A stretch of DNA of 63,325 nucleotides, filler included, from Craspedostauros australis (taxonomy: Eukaryota), in NCBI GenBank assembly GCA_030167865.1. It is 12 parts of 12 records of this genome, joined end to end, with 100 filler letters (N's around TTAATTAATTAA, not from the genome) between each part and the next. Parts side by side here need not be neighbours in the genome. Positions count along the whole stretch, not along the records: positions 1 to 14,391 come from JALAGF010000218.1; positions 14,492 to 17,215 come from JALAGF010000223.1; positions 17,316 to 19,935 come from JALAGF010000224.1; positions 20,036 to 23,616 come from JALAGF010000226.1; positions 23,717 to 33,125 come from JALAGF010000229.1; 7 more parts are not named here. The stretch is one strand, 5' to 3'. Below, in pieces: positions 13,401-23,817 of this stretch. The stretch's first letter is position 1. Every line of letters starts with the position of its first letter. The position numbers were made by a program, and so were the translations under genes. Under the pieces are notes generated by a model, which saw nothing but the letters and a program-made list of their open reading frames with translations, was not told the origin of the DNA and searched no databases.

Positions 13401-14391
13401 GTTTTGCCTTTCAACGCGCCGACATCCGGTCCGAAGATGATTTCTGCATTGCGGATGTCCTTGGTGGTGACCGGGCAGTTTGGTATCATGTTGTTGCGCA
13501 CATATCGAATGAAGTTGCGAGTGGTAGGCCGACCAATGCGTTGCTGAACTGAACGAGCTAGTTGAGCGCGAGATTAGTCGGTAGACGAGAATCTAGACTT
13601 GTTATCGGCTACTGTGTTGATGAGTACGTTTTTGTGGATGGCTCCGGTGTCAAGGTAGTACAGTCCGTTGTTGGATTCGCGGAAGATCTGCGTGGTGCCG
13701 TCTGGCTTGTGTACGACGAATTGGTTGGTGTTGTTGCTGTCGTAGGTGACGCGAAACATGGACTTCACCTTGCTGAGAGACAGAATATTGGCCACTCCTT
13801 CGGGGTGGTACCATACAAGTCCATACCCAGGAAGCGTGCCTTGTTGATCGGTGGTGGCTGTCCCCGCGTTGCAGTGGATGGTGAGTGTTTTGTTGACGGT
13901 GTGAATGTCGCGAAGAAGGTGATGGTTGGAGAAAACGTCGACGGTGGATTGGTTGTCCAACAGAACCCATCGGTTGGGAATGGGTGTCGACGGTTGGCTG
14001 AAGGCGAGATCCCCATGTGTGTGATGATCGACCTGCATGAATACAAATTCGTTGTTGTCGTAGTCGTAGTCGTAGTCGTAGTCGTAGTCGTTGCTGTCGT
14101 GGGCGTGCCATCCGGTGGTGTTGACAAGCACCGTGCCATTCTCGTGGAATTTAGCATAGCACTCATCCGTGGTGTGGTTGGTGCGACCGCACCGCTCGCA
14201 TTTGGTGTCAGTTGCGTTCTGTTGCGCGAATGCCATGCCCGTGTGACGCGGTGTGTGTGCGCCTGCTACGTTGCGTGGGTCGTGGGACCAGTGGTTGAGT
14301 AAGGTCAGCGCTGTTGGCATGTTTGCAGGGTAGCTGTCATACCCCATGAGGTATTCGTTGTGTAGGTGTTCGAGCAGCCCACCGAATCGAG
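10247..14391 (-). pseudogene. Copia gag-pol with a single in-frame TAA at 13574-13576
   Basis: ORFs 13574..14347 and 10247..13501 are in the same frame; the junction reads STD*SRAQLARSVQQRIGRPTT. Confidence 0.85.
14058..14090. repeat. (GTAGTC)n hexamer repeat encoding DYDYDYDY in Gag-Pol
   Basis: Visible tandem repeat, frame-preserving. Confidence 0.85.
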
Positions 14392-14491
14392 NNNNNNNNN
14401 NNNNNNNNNNNNNNNNNNNNNNNNNNNNNNNNNNNTTAATTAATTAANNNNNNNNNNNNNNNNNNNNNNNNNNNNNNNNNNNNNNNNNNNN
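14392..14491. other. Artificial contig linker N44-TTAATTAATTAA-N44 (also at ~17216, 19936, 23617, 33126, 34632, 41446, 43142, 58899, 60179, 61709)
   Basis: Identical 100-bp spacer carrying a six-frame stop 12-mer, 11 occurrences. Confidence 0.98.
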
Positions 14492-14664
14492 CTTCTCTGC
14501 TGCTGCGCAGTCAGGCCATGGAATGGTTTGGTGCATTGCTGGTGATGGCACAATGATCGGATTTGGAAGGCTCCCGCTTCAACCATCACGATCGCAACGA
14601 CGAGGAACAGCTGGCATGACATGATCGTGGTGACCAGAATGAGTGGCCTTGCAGTCAGATTCAT
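14492..14664 (-). CDS. Possible N-terminus of a secretory/plastid-targeted protein, truncated by gap
   Basis: MNLTARPLILVTTIMSCQLFLVVAIVMVEAGAFQ: hydrophobic stretch ending in an AxA-F (ASAF-like) site. Confidence 0.35.
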
Positions 14665-14756
14665 CAGTCCTTTCCGAGTCTCTCGCTGTCGTTGGTGATG
14701 TTGATGCTGTTGATGGTNANAATGATGANGACGATTGTGGTCGTGATCGTGATNTG

Positions 14757-15070
14757 TGTNAAGNCNACGGGGGAACTTCTGNCGCACACGATTTGCGTCA
14801 TNGTGGATCCNAGACAACATCAGACCAAAATTGGATACATGTACCAAACACAAGGTAGCCAATTCAGATACCTTGAGTACCTCAAACTGAGTCGATACCA
14901 TCGGACGAAACCGAACACGCGGAAACTTCATGTCTTTTTACGACCCGCTGCAGCCAAAACGTTACGCTCAAGTCGGAAGCGCATCACGGATCGGGTATCT
15001 AGCCACATCAGCCTCTTCCTCTCAATGTGAGGTTTGTATTGAATCCCTTAGACCCCTCAAAGATCTTACA
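14757..15070. mobile_element. Possible short solo LTR (~314 bp)
   Basis: Termini TGT(n)AAG ... CTTACA form an inverted repeat; no TSD seen; ambiguous bases nearby. Confidence 0.35.
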
Positions 15071-15555
15071 TTTTAAGAGTTATAGAGGGTTGAAAGTCAT
15101 GTCGAATCTACGTATTAGGTGAATAACGCACAGACGCCACGGTGCTCGTTGGCGCTTCAATTGAGTCGCAGTGGCCATTCGTCCCAAAACGTTCTTTTTT
15201 CTTTCGTCGTTTGGGCTTTGTTCGCGATTCTTGAATTTCCGGAGCGTGACTCTACCTTGTGCTCGCACAGAATCGTTGGTGTGAACACAAAACTGTTGTT
15301 GCATGGAGAGTGATATGATGTATCATATTGTGATGCGGGGCGATGTGCCATGGGCCGTCAACCAAGATGATAGGCACGGTCCTTGTTCCTCTTCCTCGTG
15401 TCTGTTATGTCAGAGTGGTAGCAAGGGGGATGCAAGGGCTGCAATGCACAAGACGCATACGATGCAAGTTCCGCAGCGCTGAATTGGACGATGTGAATTG
15501 CTGGTCCCAAGATGGAAATGGACAGCGCCCTTGCCACAGTCATGTACGCAGTGGC

Positions 15556-15867
15556 AACCCCAACCCACACATCTAATCCAAGTCTTGACCCTCTGGCCCC
15601 CTAACCCCATCCCTAACCCTGACATTGAGTAACTTCATGGCTCTGTCTGAGTAATGTCAGCCACACGCAGTTGCCTACCTCGTCTCTCCCAAGTTGCCGA
15701 AACCCCAGCCGGAACCTCAACCCTAACCCTAACCCTAACTCTAGCCCTGAGCAACTGCTTCCCTCCTCCCTAACCCTAACCCAAGCCGGAACCCCAGCCC
15801 TAACTCTAACCCTGAGCAACCTCATGACTCTTTCTGAACAACGTCATCCGCACACAGTTACCTCCTC
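15556..15867. repeat. Interstitial telomere-like (CCCTAA)n tracts within a degenerate ~187-bp tandem unit
   Basis: CCCTAACCCTAACCCTAA at 15721, further copies at ~15599-15620 and 15768-15813; spacer TCATG(G/A)CTC..TCTGA..GTCA..CAGTT repeated at 15635 and 15822. Confidence 0.75.
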
Positions 15868-16585
15868 CATCACTCTAGCATTGCCCTTGTCGCGAACTCT
15901 TGCTTTTCTCCCACTTTTTTGCTTCCCGCACTGTTTCGATCCATTTCAACGGCCGCCGTTCCAGCGTTTTTGATTCGATTTCACGATTTTTACAGTTTGT
16001 TTCGTCGAAGGTATCCACCAGAACGTCCTTTGAACTCTTTGGCTCCAATGAAAAGTAATCAATATTGTCAGTCGTGACCCTGGTAGCCGGACAGACGTCA
16101 TATCTGCTGAGTAAAACATGGCGCGTTGGCTCGAAGGCTTCGTTGAGAATCTCAACGCATGAGCCATCCAAAGAGACAGACTTGGACAAACAGACAAGAA
16201 ACAAGTCAACACAAGAGACGAAAGGGGCCCTGTGTTGACTGGTGGGAAACATCGCGTCGCGTGGCTTCGCATCATCGCCGTTGCCATTTCCATTTCCATC
16301 GGCATCCCTTGGCAACCGCACGAGTACCATACTCGCTCGCCATCATCTTTTTTCAATCAAGAGCATCATGCACAAGCACGTTCATCTTCTGAAGTGCTTC
16401 ATCCCAATCTCAACTGGCATCTCTCATTGCGTCGATCAATTGACCGATCGCCGCTCGTGCCTCAGTTGGTGGGTTGTGTGGTGACTCGTTCCTGCATGTG
16501 CGATTGTGGCAATTCCAACGCATCACAACGCATCACAATGCACCGCAATGCACCATAGCGCACCACAACCCAAAGAGAAACGAAC

Positions 16586-17215
16586 ATGGCAGACGATCCC
16601 TCCATCTCGGCGGAGGATGAGGATAGCAAATCTTCCGTGAGCTTTGGCTCCAGGGCCAACGACATGTGCCTCAACACGCTCGGCAGTCTTACGAAGCCCA
16701 AGACCAGAGCCGACAAGCGCATCGTGGACGTCCGTGAGGCGAATGACACCATACCCTTCGTCAGCAAGATGGGGATGGATGCAGCCAGCAATGGCATGCT
16801 CTTCAATCTGTGGAAGGATTCCAAGGTACGTACAATGCGCAATGCGCAGTACACTGCACGAACGAGCTGAAGAAGCTCTGCAAGTATTCCAGTGTATGCA
16901 TCGCGCTCCTCACACACAGAACAACATTGCATTCTATTCTCACATATTATTCTCATATTCTGTTGTCGTGCTTCACTGTTCGCGTCATCCTTCCAACCAA
17001 CAATCCTGCATCCACATCAACATTGTCCACACTCCAAACACTGCAGAATCGAAAAAGGTATCTGGCGCAAAACGACATTGGCGTCGTAACAGACCAGCAA
17101 CCCCAAATGGATCAAGGTGCTGGATCTGGACAACCCCGCCAGAAAGGAGAAGATGCTGTGGACATGGAAGGGAAGCCGGGTGCTTCCCAGAGCAAGAGAT
17201 CCAATGTCGCAAGAC
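16586..17215 (+). pseudogene. Hypothetical spliced ORF (exon 16586-16825, next exon from 17047), probably TE-associated
   Basis: ATG, AAG|GTACGT donor, TGCAG| acceptor; an apparent frameshift in exon 2; no recognisable domain. Confidence 0.35.
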
Positions 17216-17316
17216 NNNNNNNNNNNNNNNNNNNNNNNNNNNNNNNNNNNNNNNNNNNNTTAATTAATTAANNNNNNNNNNNNNNNNNNNNNNNNNNNNN
17301 NNNNNNNNNNNNNNNC

Positions 17317-18501
17317 ATGGCCACAGATCATTTCAGAAGTGTTGGCAGGTGCTTGAGGTTCATGATGGCAACTGGTGAGCTCACCATCAACAAGCTCATC
17401 AAGTTGCCAGAAGATGCCATTCTTGAGGTCAGTGAACATGTGCTGATGTACTTCAGATTGCCCAGGCTCAACAAGGGAGACAAGAGACAGCTCATGGAGA
17501 GACCCAAGACCAAGTTTGATGCCTTGGAGTCAACCAACATCAAGCTTTACAACAAAGGACTCAAGAACAGGCTCCAAATTCGTACAGAGGGTATTGTCAT
17601 GGTGGCATCCACACAGTACAATGCAACCAAGCTGACTGACAACCAGGTGGCCATGATAGAGCAAGCAAAGCAGAGTGGCCAGAATGTGGATGAGATGGCT
17701 TTCCATGAAGCAGGACCAGATGCCAAGGTGACAGATCAAGTCACTGCCTCAGTCTACGAATGATCTGGTGAAGAAGAGGAGGAGGAGGTTGCCAAAGCCA
17801 CAGCAGCAATATATGAACCTTCTGATGAGGAAGATGAAGAGCCAGTTTGGGTCATGGGAGGAGGCCCCCAGTATGAGCCTTCTGATGAGGAAAATGAAGA
17901 GACACATCCTGCTGTTCCAAGGAGACCACCACAGAAGCCTGCATCTCCACAGCATGATGACATGGAGTCCTCCTCCTCTGAAGGAGATGAGTGCAGGGAC
18001 AAAGGCTGGATGGATCCTGTGAATTCCACTGCTCTCTCTGGTGAGTCATGGGTTCCTTCCTCATCTGAGGTGGAGAGTGATGACAACAACTCTTCCCATT
18101 TTGCTTCATGCCTCCCCAAGATGATCCACATTCATGACACTGACAGTGAAGATGGTGCTGGAAAACCATCTGTCATCATCTCACCCTCCGCATCTCCTTT
18201 GAAGAGGCCACACAGGGCAACCAGGGATGCACCTCATGCCCAACACATTGCAACCATGTCAGTTGCTGCAACAATGAATGAGAACATGCAACAGACCATA
18301 CGGAAGCAGCGCAGAAAAATAGAGAAGCTTGAGCAGAAGTGCACTAGCCTTGAAATAGCCAACACAGTGATGCAGGAGCACATGAAAGGATACACTTCTC
18401 TTCTCCAACAGATCTGGGTTCTCAAGATGTAAAAAGAGAAGTTGGAGAAAACCATTGCAGCGTTCCAAGGTGATGAAAGCAATGAAACCAGTGGCAGCTA
18501 G
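17317..18501 (+). pseudogene. Decayed ~395-codon ORF (globular part, acidic linker, C-terminal coiled coil)
   Basis: ORFs 17317..17763 and 17854..18432 share a frame, broken by TGA 17761 and TAA 18430, ending TAG 18501; strongly CpG-depleted. Confidence 0.6.
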
Positions 18502-19514
18502 TTGCATTACCAACTAGCAGTACTTACCATCAATGTCTATCTGCATTCCACAATGTTTCCTTGTCTTAGCACCATCAGGTGATAGTGCTAGTGCACCTTG
18601 TTTTCATAGAGCATGTGCATGGGCTGGGGGATATGTGAGTATCACTTGTTGTGGCAGTGCAAGTCCTTCCCCCTCCTCACCCTGCAGTCAGCCATGTCAT
18701 TGGACTGCAGCCATCCATACATGAGGGGTGGAATATGTGGGACTGGTCAGGCAACAAGGTAGTCCAAGTGGGATCAACATGAGTTGATTCTATTCAATCG
18801 TGATACTTTGATTGGGGGGTGCGGCAATAATGGATATCACGACAAAGTTGTACACCCGATTGCCAACAGACATTAAAGTTGTCGACTTCAGCATGTTCGT
18901 GGAGACATTCTTCCATCACAACATGAATCTGTCATGTCTGATGCAACATTCTTCTGCCACAACGTCAATCTGTCACACCTGCTGCGACATTCTCCACGTT
19001 TTCGTTTAGTATGTTGACTGCATTTGTTCGTTGGGGACCAAGATGGCATGTCTGTCTTGCACGAAACTCCACGATCGGTTGGGAAGTTTGATTCCTTCCA
19101 TCTTGGGAGCAATTCACGTGTGTGGTTGGTGGTGGACGAATCCGCCATCGCGTGTTTTCTCGTGTTGTGTGTTTGTGTGTGTTTGTTCAGAACACACGCT
19201 CAACCATCAACAAACAAACATGAACACGGACGCGAGAAGCGGAAGTCAGCAACTCACTGCCGCGACGTCCGCATTGTGGCAGTAGTGATGACAAGCGTGT
19301 TTCATGCGTTGCCACAAGCCACCCAACACTCATCGCACCACACTCGTACCAGAAATCAACACGCATCCGTCACATCGCCAATCGCCGCTCACAACGAATC
19401 AACACCCATCACATTGATTGTCACAACTTGTACAAAATGCAGCGTTGTCTCGCAGCATTGTCATCATCACTGTGATTGACCACCAGCACATTCAACTCTT
19501 CCAGCACCATGGTA

Positions 19515-19935
19515 ACCATATCAGAGGCCCGCAGCTTTGAATTTGTGAGAATACCAGCCTGGGTCATACAATGTAGGCTCCATGATGCAGAAGTCTGTGC
19601 CATCTACAGATGTCATTGTTGTCGTTCCAGGTGGACAGCCTCTCTTTCGATCTTCGAAGCATATCTGGGATAGGATCAATACATATTAACATTGGCAAAG
19701 ACAGAGGGTGTGTGAGATAATGCATGCAACTCATCCATTTCATTGTGAGTGTTACAGTTCCGTTGTCAATGTTCCAAAGTTGTGCTACTTACAAGTTCAC
19801 AGCTGAGGAGCCCCAATGCACGAAGAATAATCCATGTCCACTTCTGTACAGTTTTGACATCCTTTCCGGTTTGTCCTGCCAGCACGCCCCATGTTGGATA
19901 TTGTTTGAGGAACATGAGAGCGCACAACAGGTGAT
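19515..19935 (-). pseudogene. DDE_Tnp_4-type (PIF/Harbinger/ISL2EU-like) transposase fragment with an intron
   Basis: Manual translation: HLLCALMFLKQYPTWGVLAGQTGKDVKTVQKWTWIILRAL (HTH-like), intron 19792-19665 (GTAAGT..CAG), ICFEDRK..SVDGTDFCIMEP..WYSHKFKAAGL*Y. Confidence 0.75.
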
Positions 19936-20035
19936 NNNNNNNNNNNNNNNNNNNNNNNNNNNNNNNNNNNNNNNNNNNNTTAATTAATTAANNNNNNNNN
20001 NNNNNNNNNNNNNNNNNNNNNNNNNNNNNNNNNNN

Positions 20036-23000
20036 CGCAACTCGAGAGTCTACGATCGCGTCTCCACGATGTCAAGTACGAGATCACGGACGAGGAAATG
20101 ATCATGCAAATCCTCAGCATGGTGAGCAACGAATACAGAACTCACATCGTGAACTTCCAACACCAACTCACGTTCAATCTGGAACTGGTTACCATCAACA
20201 CGATCAGAGGAGTACTCCGCACTGCATACGCCACTCACAGAGGAGGCAAAGCGTACGTCGACGACTTCCAAGACAGCAACACGAAGAGCAACGACACCGG
20301 CTTCACGAGCACCGGTAACTTCAAGGGNACNTGTCACAACTGTGGNGTGTATGGNCANAGATCCGCNGATTGNCCAGAACGCAAGAAATCGAACAACAAG
20401 AAAAACAACAACAACAACAACAAGATGAACGGAAAGCGCAACAACAACCGCAACAAAGGAAGCGGCTTCAACGGGAAGTGCAACTACTGTGGCATCTTCG
20501 GACACTGCGAGGCGGAGTGCCGCAAGAAGAAGTTCAACGAGAAGAAGAAGGCCGACGAACAAGCCAACGCGGCAACGGAAGGACATGACAAGAGCGGGCA
20601 CGAGATGGTACTCTCGGCGAAAGACATGCCACTCTGCATGTTGGTGTCCGACGACTACATCGAAGACTCCTTCTTCGATAACTTCGAGTGCGTCGGAAGT
20701 GACAACGAAGTGCAGGACGATGAGATCGTCGCGGAGTGGCTCAGCGAGGAGCCCATCATCCACGAGGTGGATCCAAGACGCGAAGTGAGCTACGAATGCT
20801 GCTTCAACGCGCACGACCTGATCGGTTCATACAGCGACGAAACTGAGATGGACGACGAGGCCAACGATAGCGACATCGAAGAGGCCATGAGCGATGACGA
20901 CGACGACACCAACGAGGACGGCGCAGATGAAGGCCAAGACGAAACGAACGGCGGCACGGCGCCGCCTCCTCCAGCGGCAGGGAACAACAGATCGGGCATC
21001 TTCGATGAAGATGACAGCGACGAATCCGAAGACGGCAATCATCCAGACGACAGCTTCAACCCAAACGAGCGCGTCGTCTATCCAGCGAATATCGACTTCC
21101 CAGATATTGAGGATCCCAACAGCGCCGACTACCTCCTCCGTCACAGCATCACCCCAAACGCAACAGCAACAGCATTGATAATCCAAAAGCAGCTCATCTT
21201 TGACGCAGTAATGGAAGCAGGGATGCGACTGTTCTCAGGAGTCGCAAGAGGAGTACTCAGACCGATATGGGTGAACATGATGGGATCCATCCTATCCGGG
21301 AACTTCGAATCAATCGAAGAGATCCTTACCAATTCGGTCGTCATCAACCGCATACTGGAAGCGAACGACACGGAGACGATCCCAGAGACGGATCTGCACT
21401 ACATCCTTGGAGGATGCATGCGTGTGCTCTTGCGAGAGCGATCACGCGTCCACCCATACGATCCAGTCACAGGATCACATCAGAGCAACACGATCCCATC
21501 GGACTACGCACAACTACCCGACAACATGGATGACGAGGAAGATCACAACCCATACAACGAATATGGAGTCCACGTCGACGAAGAAGACGAAGACAACTTC
21601 ATGACCGATACAGCTGCAGCAGCCGTGGAGCAGCTCCACGAGCTCAGCACCAGATACAAGGACAAGGTCAACAAGGACACCTGGCTCGCCGACAGCGGAG
21701 CTTCGTGTCACATCGTCAACTCAGACGCCGCTCTCTTCAACGTGCGGCACATCAAGTCCTTCGTCCAAGTGGGAGACAGCACGAAGCTGGACTCTCCCAA
21801 AATGGGATCAATTCGCTTGAAGGTCAAGCAACGAGACAACACTGGCCACATCATCCGGCTCGATGATGTGAAGTACACACCCAAGATGGCGGTGAACCTT
21901 TTCTCTACGAACAAGGCTCTGTACAACGGTTACCAGCTTGGCAGCAACAGCATTCTGATGGACATCATCAATGGATCCGGAACGAAGATCGTGTTCGACC
22001 GAGTCTTGCCCACATCCAACGGATTCATCACAGGAGTGCAGATGCATCCCATCATGCCATTGGACGACGACAAGGCTTGCACAGCCATCATCAAGAATCC
22101 ATTCAAGGAGATCAGCGCAGTGAACCTGCATCGAATGCTCGGCCACGCGCCACTCGAAACCATGAAGCGGACAGCCGCGCAATACGGATGGAAGATTATT
22201 GGTGAGATGCCGGTATGTCGCGACTACGCGGTTGCGAACGCAAGAGTGAAGAATATCCCGAAAGCAACGATCCCAAGAGCAACTCGCCGCGGGGAACGTT
22301 TCTTCATTGACATTAGTTACACTAAACACATAAGCTTCGGAGATAAACGCTACTGGACCCTGATCATGGACGACTGCATGGATCACTGCTGGAGTTTCTT
22401 TCTCAAGAACAAGAGTGATCAACCAGGATACATCAAACAATTTGTCCAAACGATCAAATCACAGACTGGTGACCAACAGATCATCTTCCGAGGTGACAAC
22501 AGCGGAGAGAACAAATCCACGCAGGATACTCTCATCAATGCAGGACTCAACGTGAAATTCGAATTCACAGCATCGAACACGTCGCAACAGAACGGCAGAG
22601 TGGAACGCAAGTTCGCGTACCTCTACACCAAGATCCGCTCCATGCTCAATGGAGCACAGCTCAACGAAGAGTATAGGCATGGCCTGTGGGCAGCCGCTGC
22701 GAGCACTGCCACCGCCATCGCCAACATCACCGTAGCGAAGAACCAAAAGGAGTCACCTCATTGACAATTCTTCGGCAGCGATCCACCATATGCGGATGCA
22801 CTCCGCACTTTCGGAGAGGTGGGTGTTGTGAAGACCACCTACGGCGGGATCACCGCCAAGCTCAAGAACAGAGGAGAAGAGATGGTGTTCATCGGGTATG
22901 CACACCAACATGCATCAGGGGTCTACAACATGTACAGACCATCGACCAAGTCACTGGTCTGCTCTTGCGACATCAAGTGGCTCAATCAATCATACGGACA

Positions 23001-23229
23001 GTTTCGTGGCTGGGCACCAGCACCGAACATATCCAGCGAAGCAGGAACAACAGATGCAGAAGGCTTCACAACCATCGGACGGAAGGGAGCGACGCCGAAG
23101 ACGGCAACGCATCGAACATCAGAAACAAAGAGAGTATCTTTCGCTGACAGCAACAGCTACTACATCCTATCGGATAGCGACGATGAAGATGATGAGGACG
23201 ATGGAGCAGTAACTCAACCAATCCATAAC
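20036..23229 (+). mobile_element. Second Ty1/Copia element: gag-protease-integrase; RT/RNase H absent from this contig
   Basis: Two CCHC-type knuckles (CHNC.., CNYCGIFGHCEAEC), WLADSGASCH, LHRMLGH, FFIDIS, RGDNSGEN, QQNGRVERKF; in-frame TGA 22762-22764 then FFGSDPPYADALRTFGEVGVV..MVFIGY. Confidence 0.92.
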
Positions 23230-23616
23230 TGTCAGGAATCGGGGGTATGACTTTGCAAAGATACCGTATTCTGCCGCAGCTCCCATGAGGACTGACTGGA
23301 ACCGGAATGGTATTAAGTGCAAAGATACCCATGATTGCCGCAACCCCAATAGCATCTCCCAGACAAACCGCAACCTAGCAATCGACCAGTTGCACTCGGA
23401 CAGCCCAATGGCCTTACCTGTCTTATGCGACATCCAANCACCCTCATCCAGTGGCCTACTCGGCCATGTCCCGATAACGGTCGGGAACCGAGAGATCTAT
23501 GACGATGGCAACACACCAGCCCTGAGTGAATTGAATGAGCGCGACAACCAATATATCTGAACAAGTCGACGCGTCCCTGAGAACCTAATGTGAGAAAGCG
23601 AAACAGAGGCGATCCC
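23230..23616. mobile_element. Probable nested LTR start interrupting the Copia pol
   Basis: Abrupt switch to non-coding sequence beginning TGTCAGGA where the integrase-RT linker should continue. Confidence 0.4.
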
Positions 23617-23817
23617 NNNNNNNNNNNNNNNNNNNNNNNNNNNNNNNNNNNNNNNNNNNNTTAATTAATTAANNNNNNNNNNNNNNNNNNNNNNNNNNNN
23701 NNNNNNNNNNNNNNNNACAGTCTCGTGACCCTTCCCCTGTTGAAGACGTACGTAGAACTGGTACAAAAAATCTTACGTAGAATACGTTGAATCAGTACTG
23801 GGAGCGAAAACCCGACA

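Larger units (their letters stand above)
9942..14391 (-). mobile_element. Ty1/Copia LTR retrotransposon (CoDi-like), 5' end lost in gap
   Basis: Order Gag knuckle (CERCGRTNHTTDEC), protease (LLDNQST), integrase (SADIM / TDNQF / IERYIR), RT (VDVPGAFL, WHVDDL), RNase H (VDGSF, TEAEL, QDNQSA, DFFTK). Confidence 0.95.

Noticed and set aside
14436..14447. Regularly recurring palindromic TTAATTAATTAA
   Set aside because: Always centred in N runs of fixed length; scaffolding linker, not a biological repeat or CRISPR.
10247..14931. Continuation of the Copia gag across the gap
   Set aside because: Sequence beyond the linker is unrelated to gag or to the 3' LTR.
23717..23817. Self-cleaving ribozyme in the LINE 5' UTR (CTGTTGA...CGAAA)
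   Set aside because: Core does not match CUGANGA and no consistent stems were found; the 5' end is cut by the gap.
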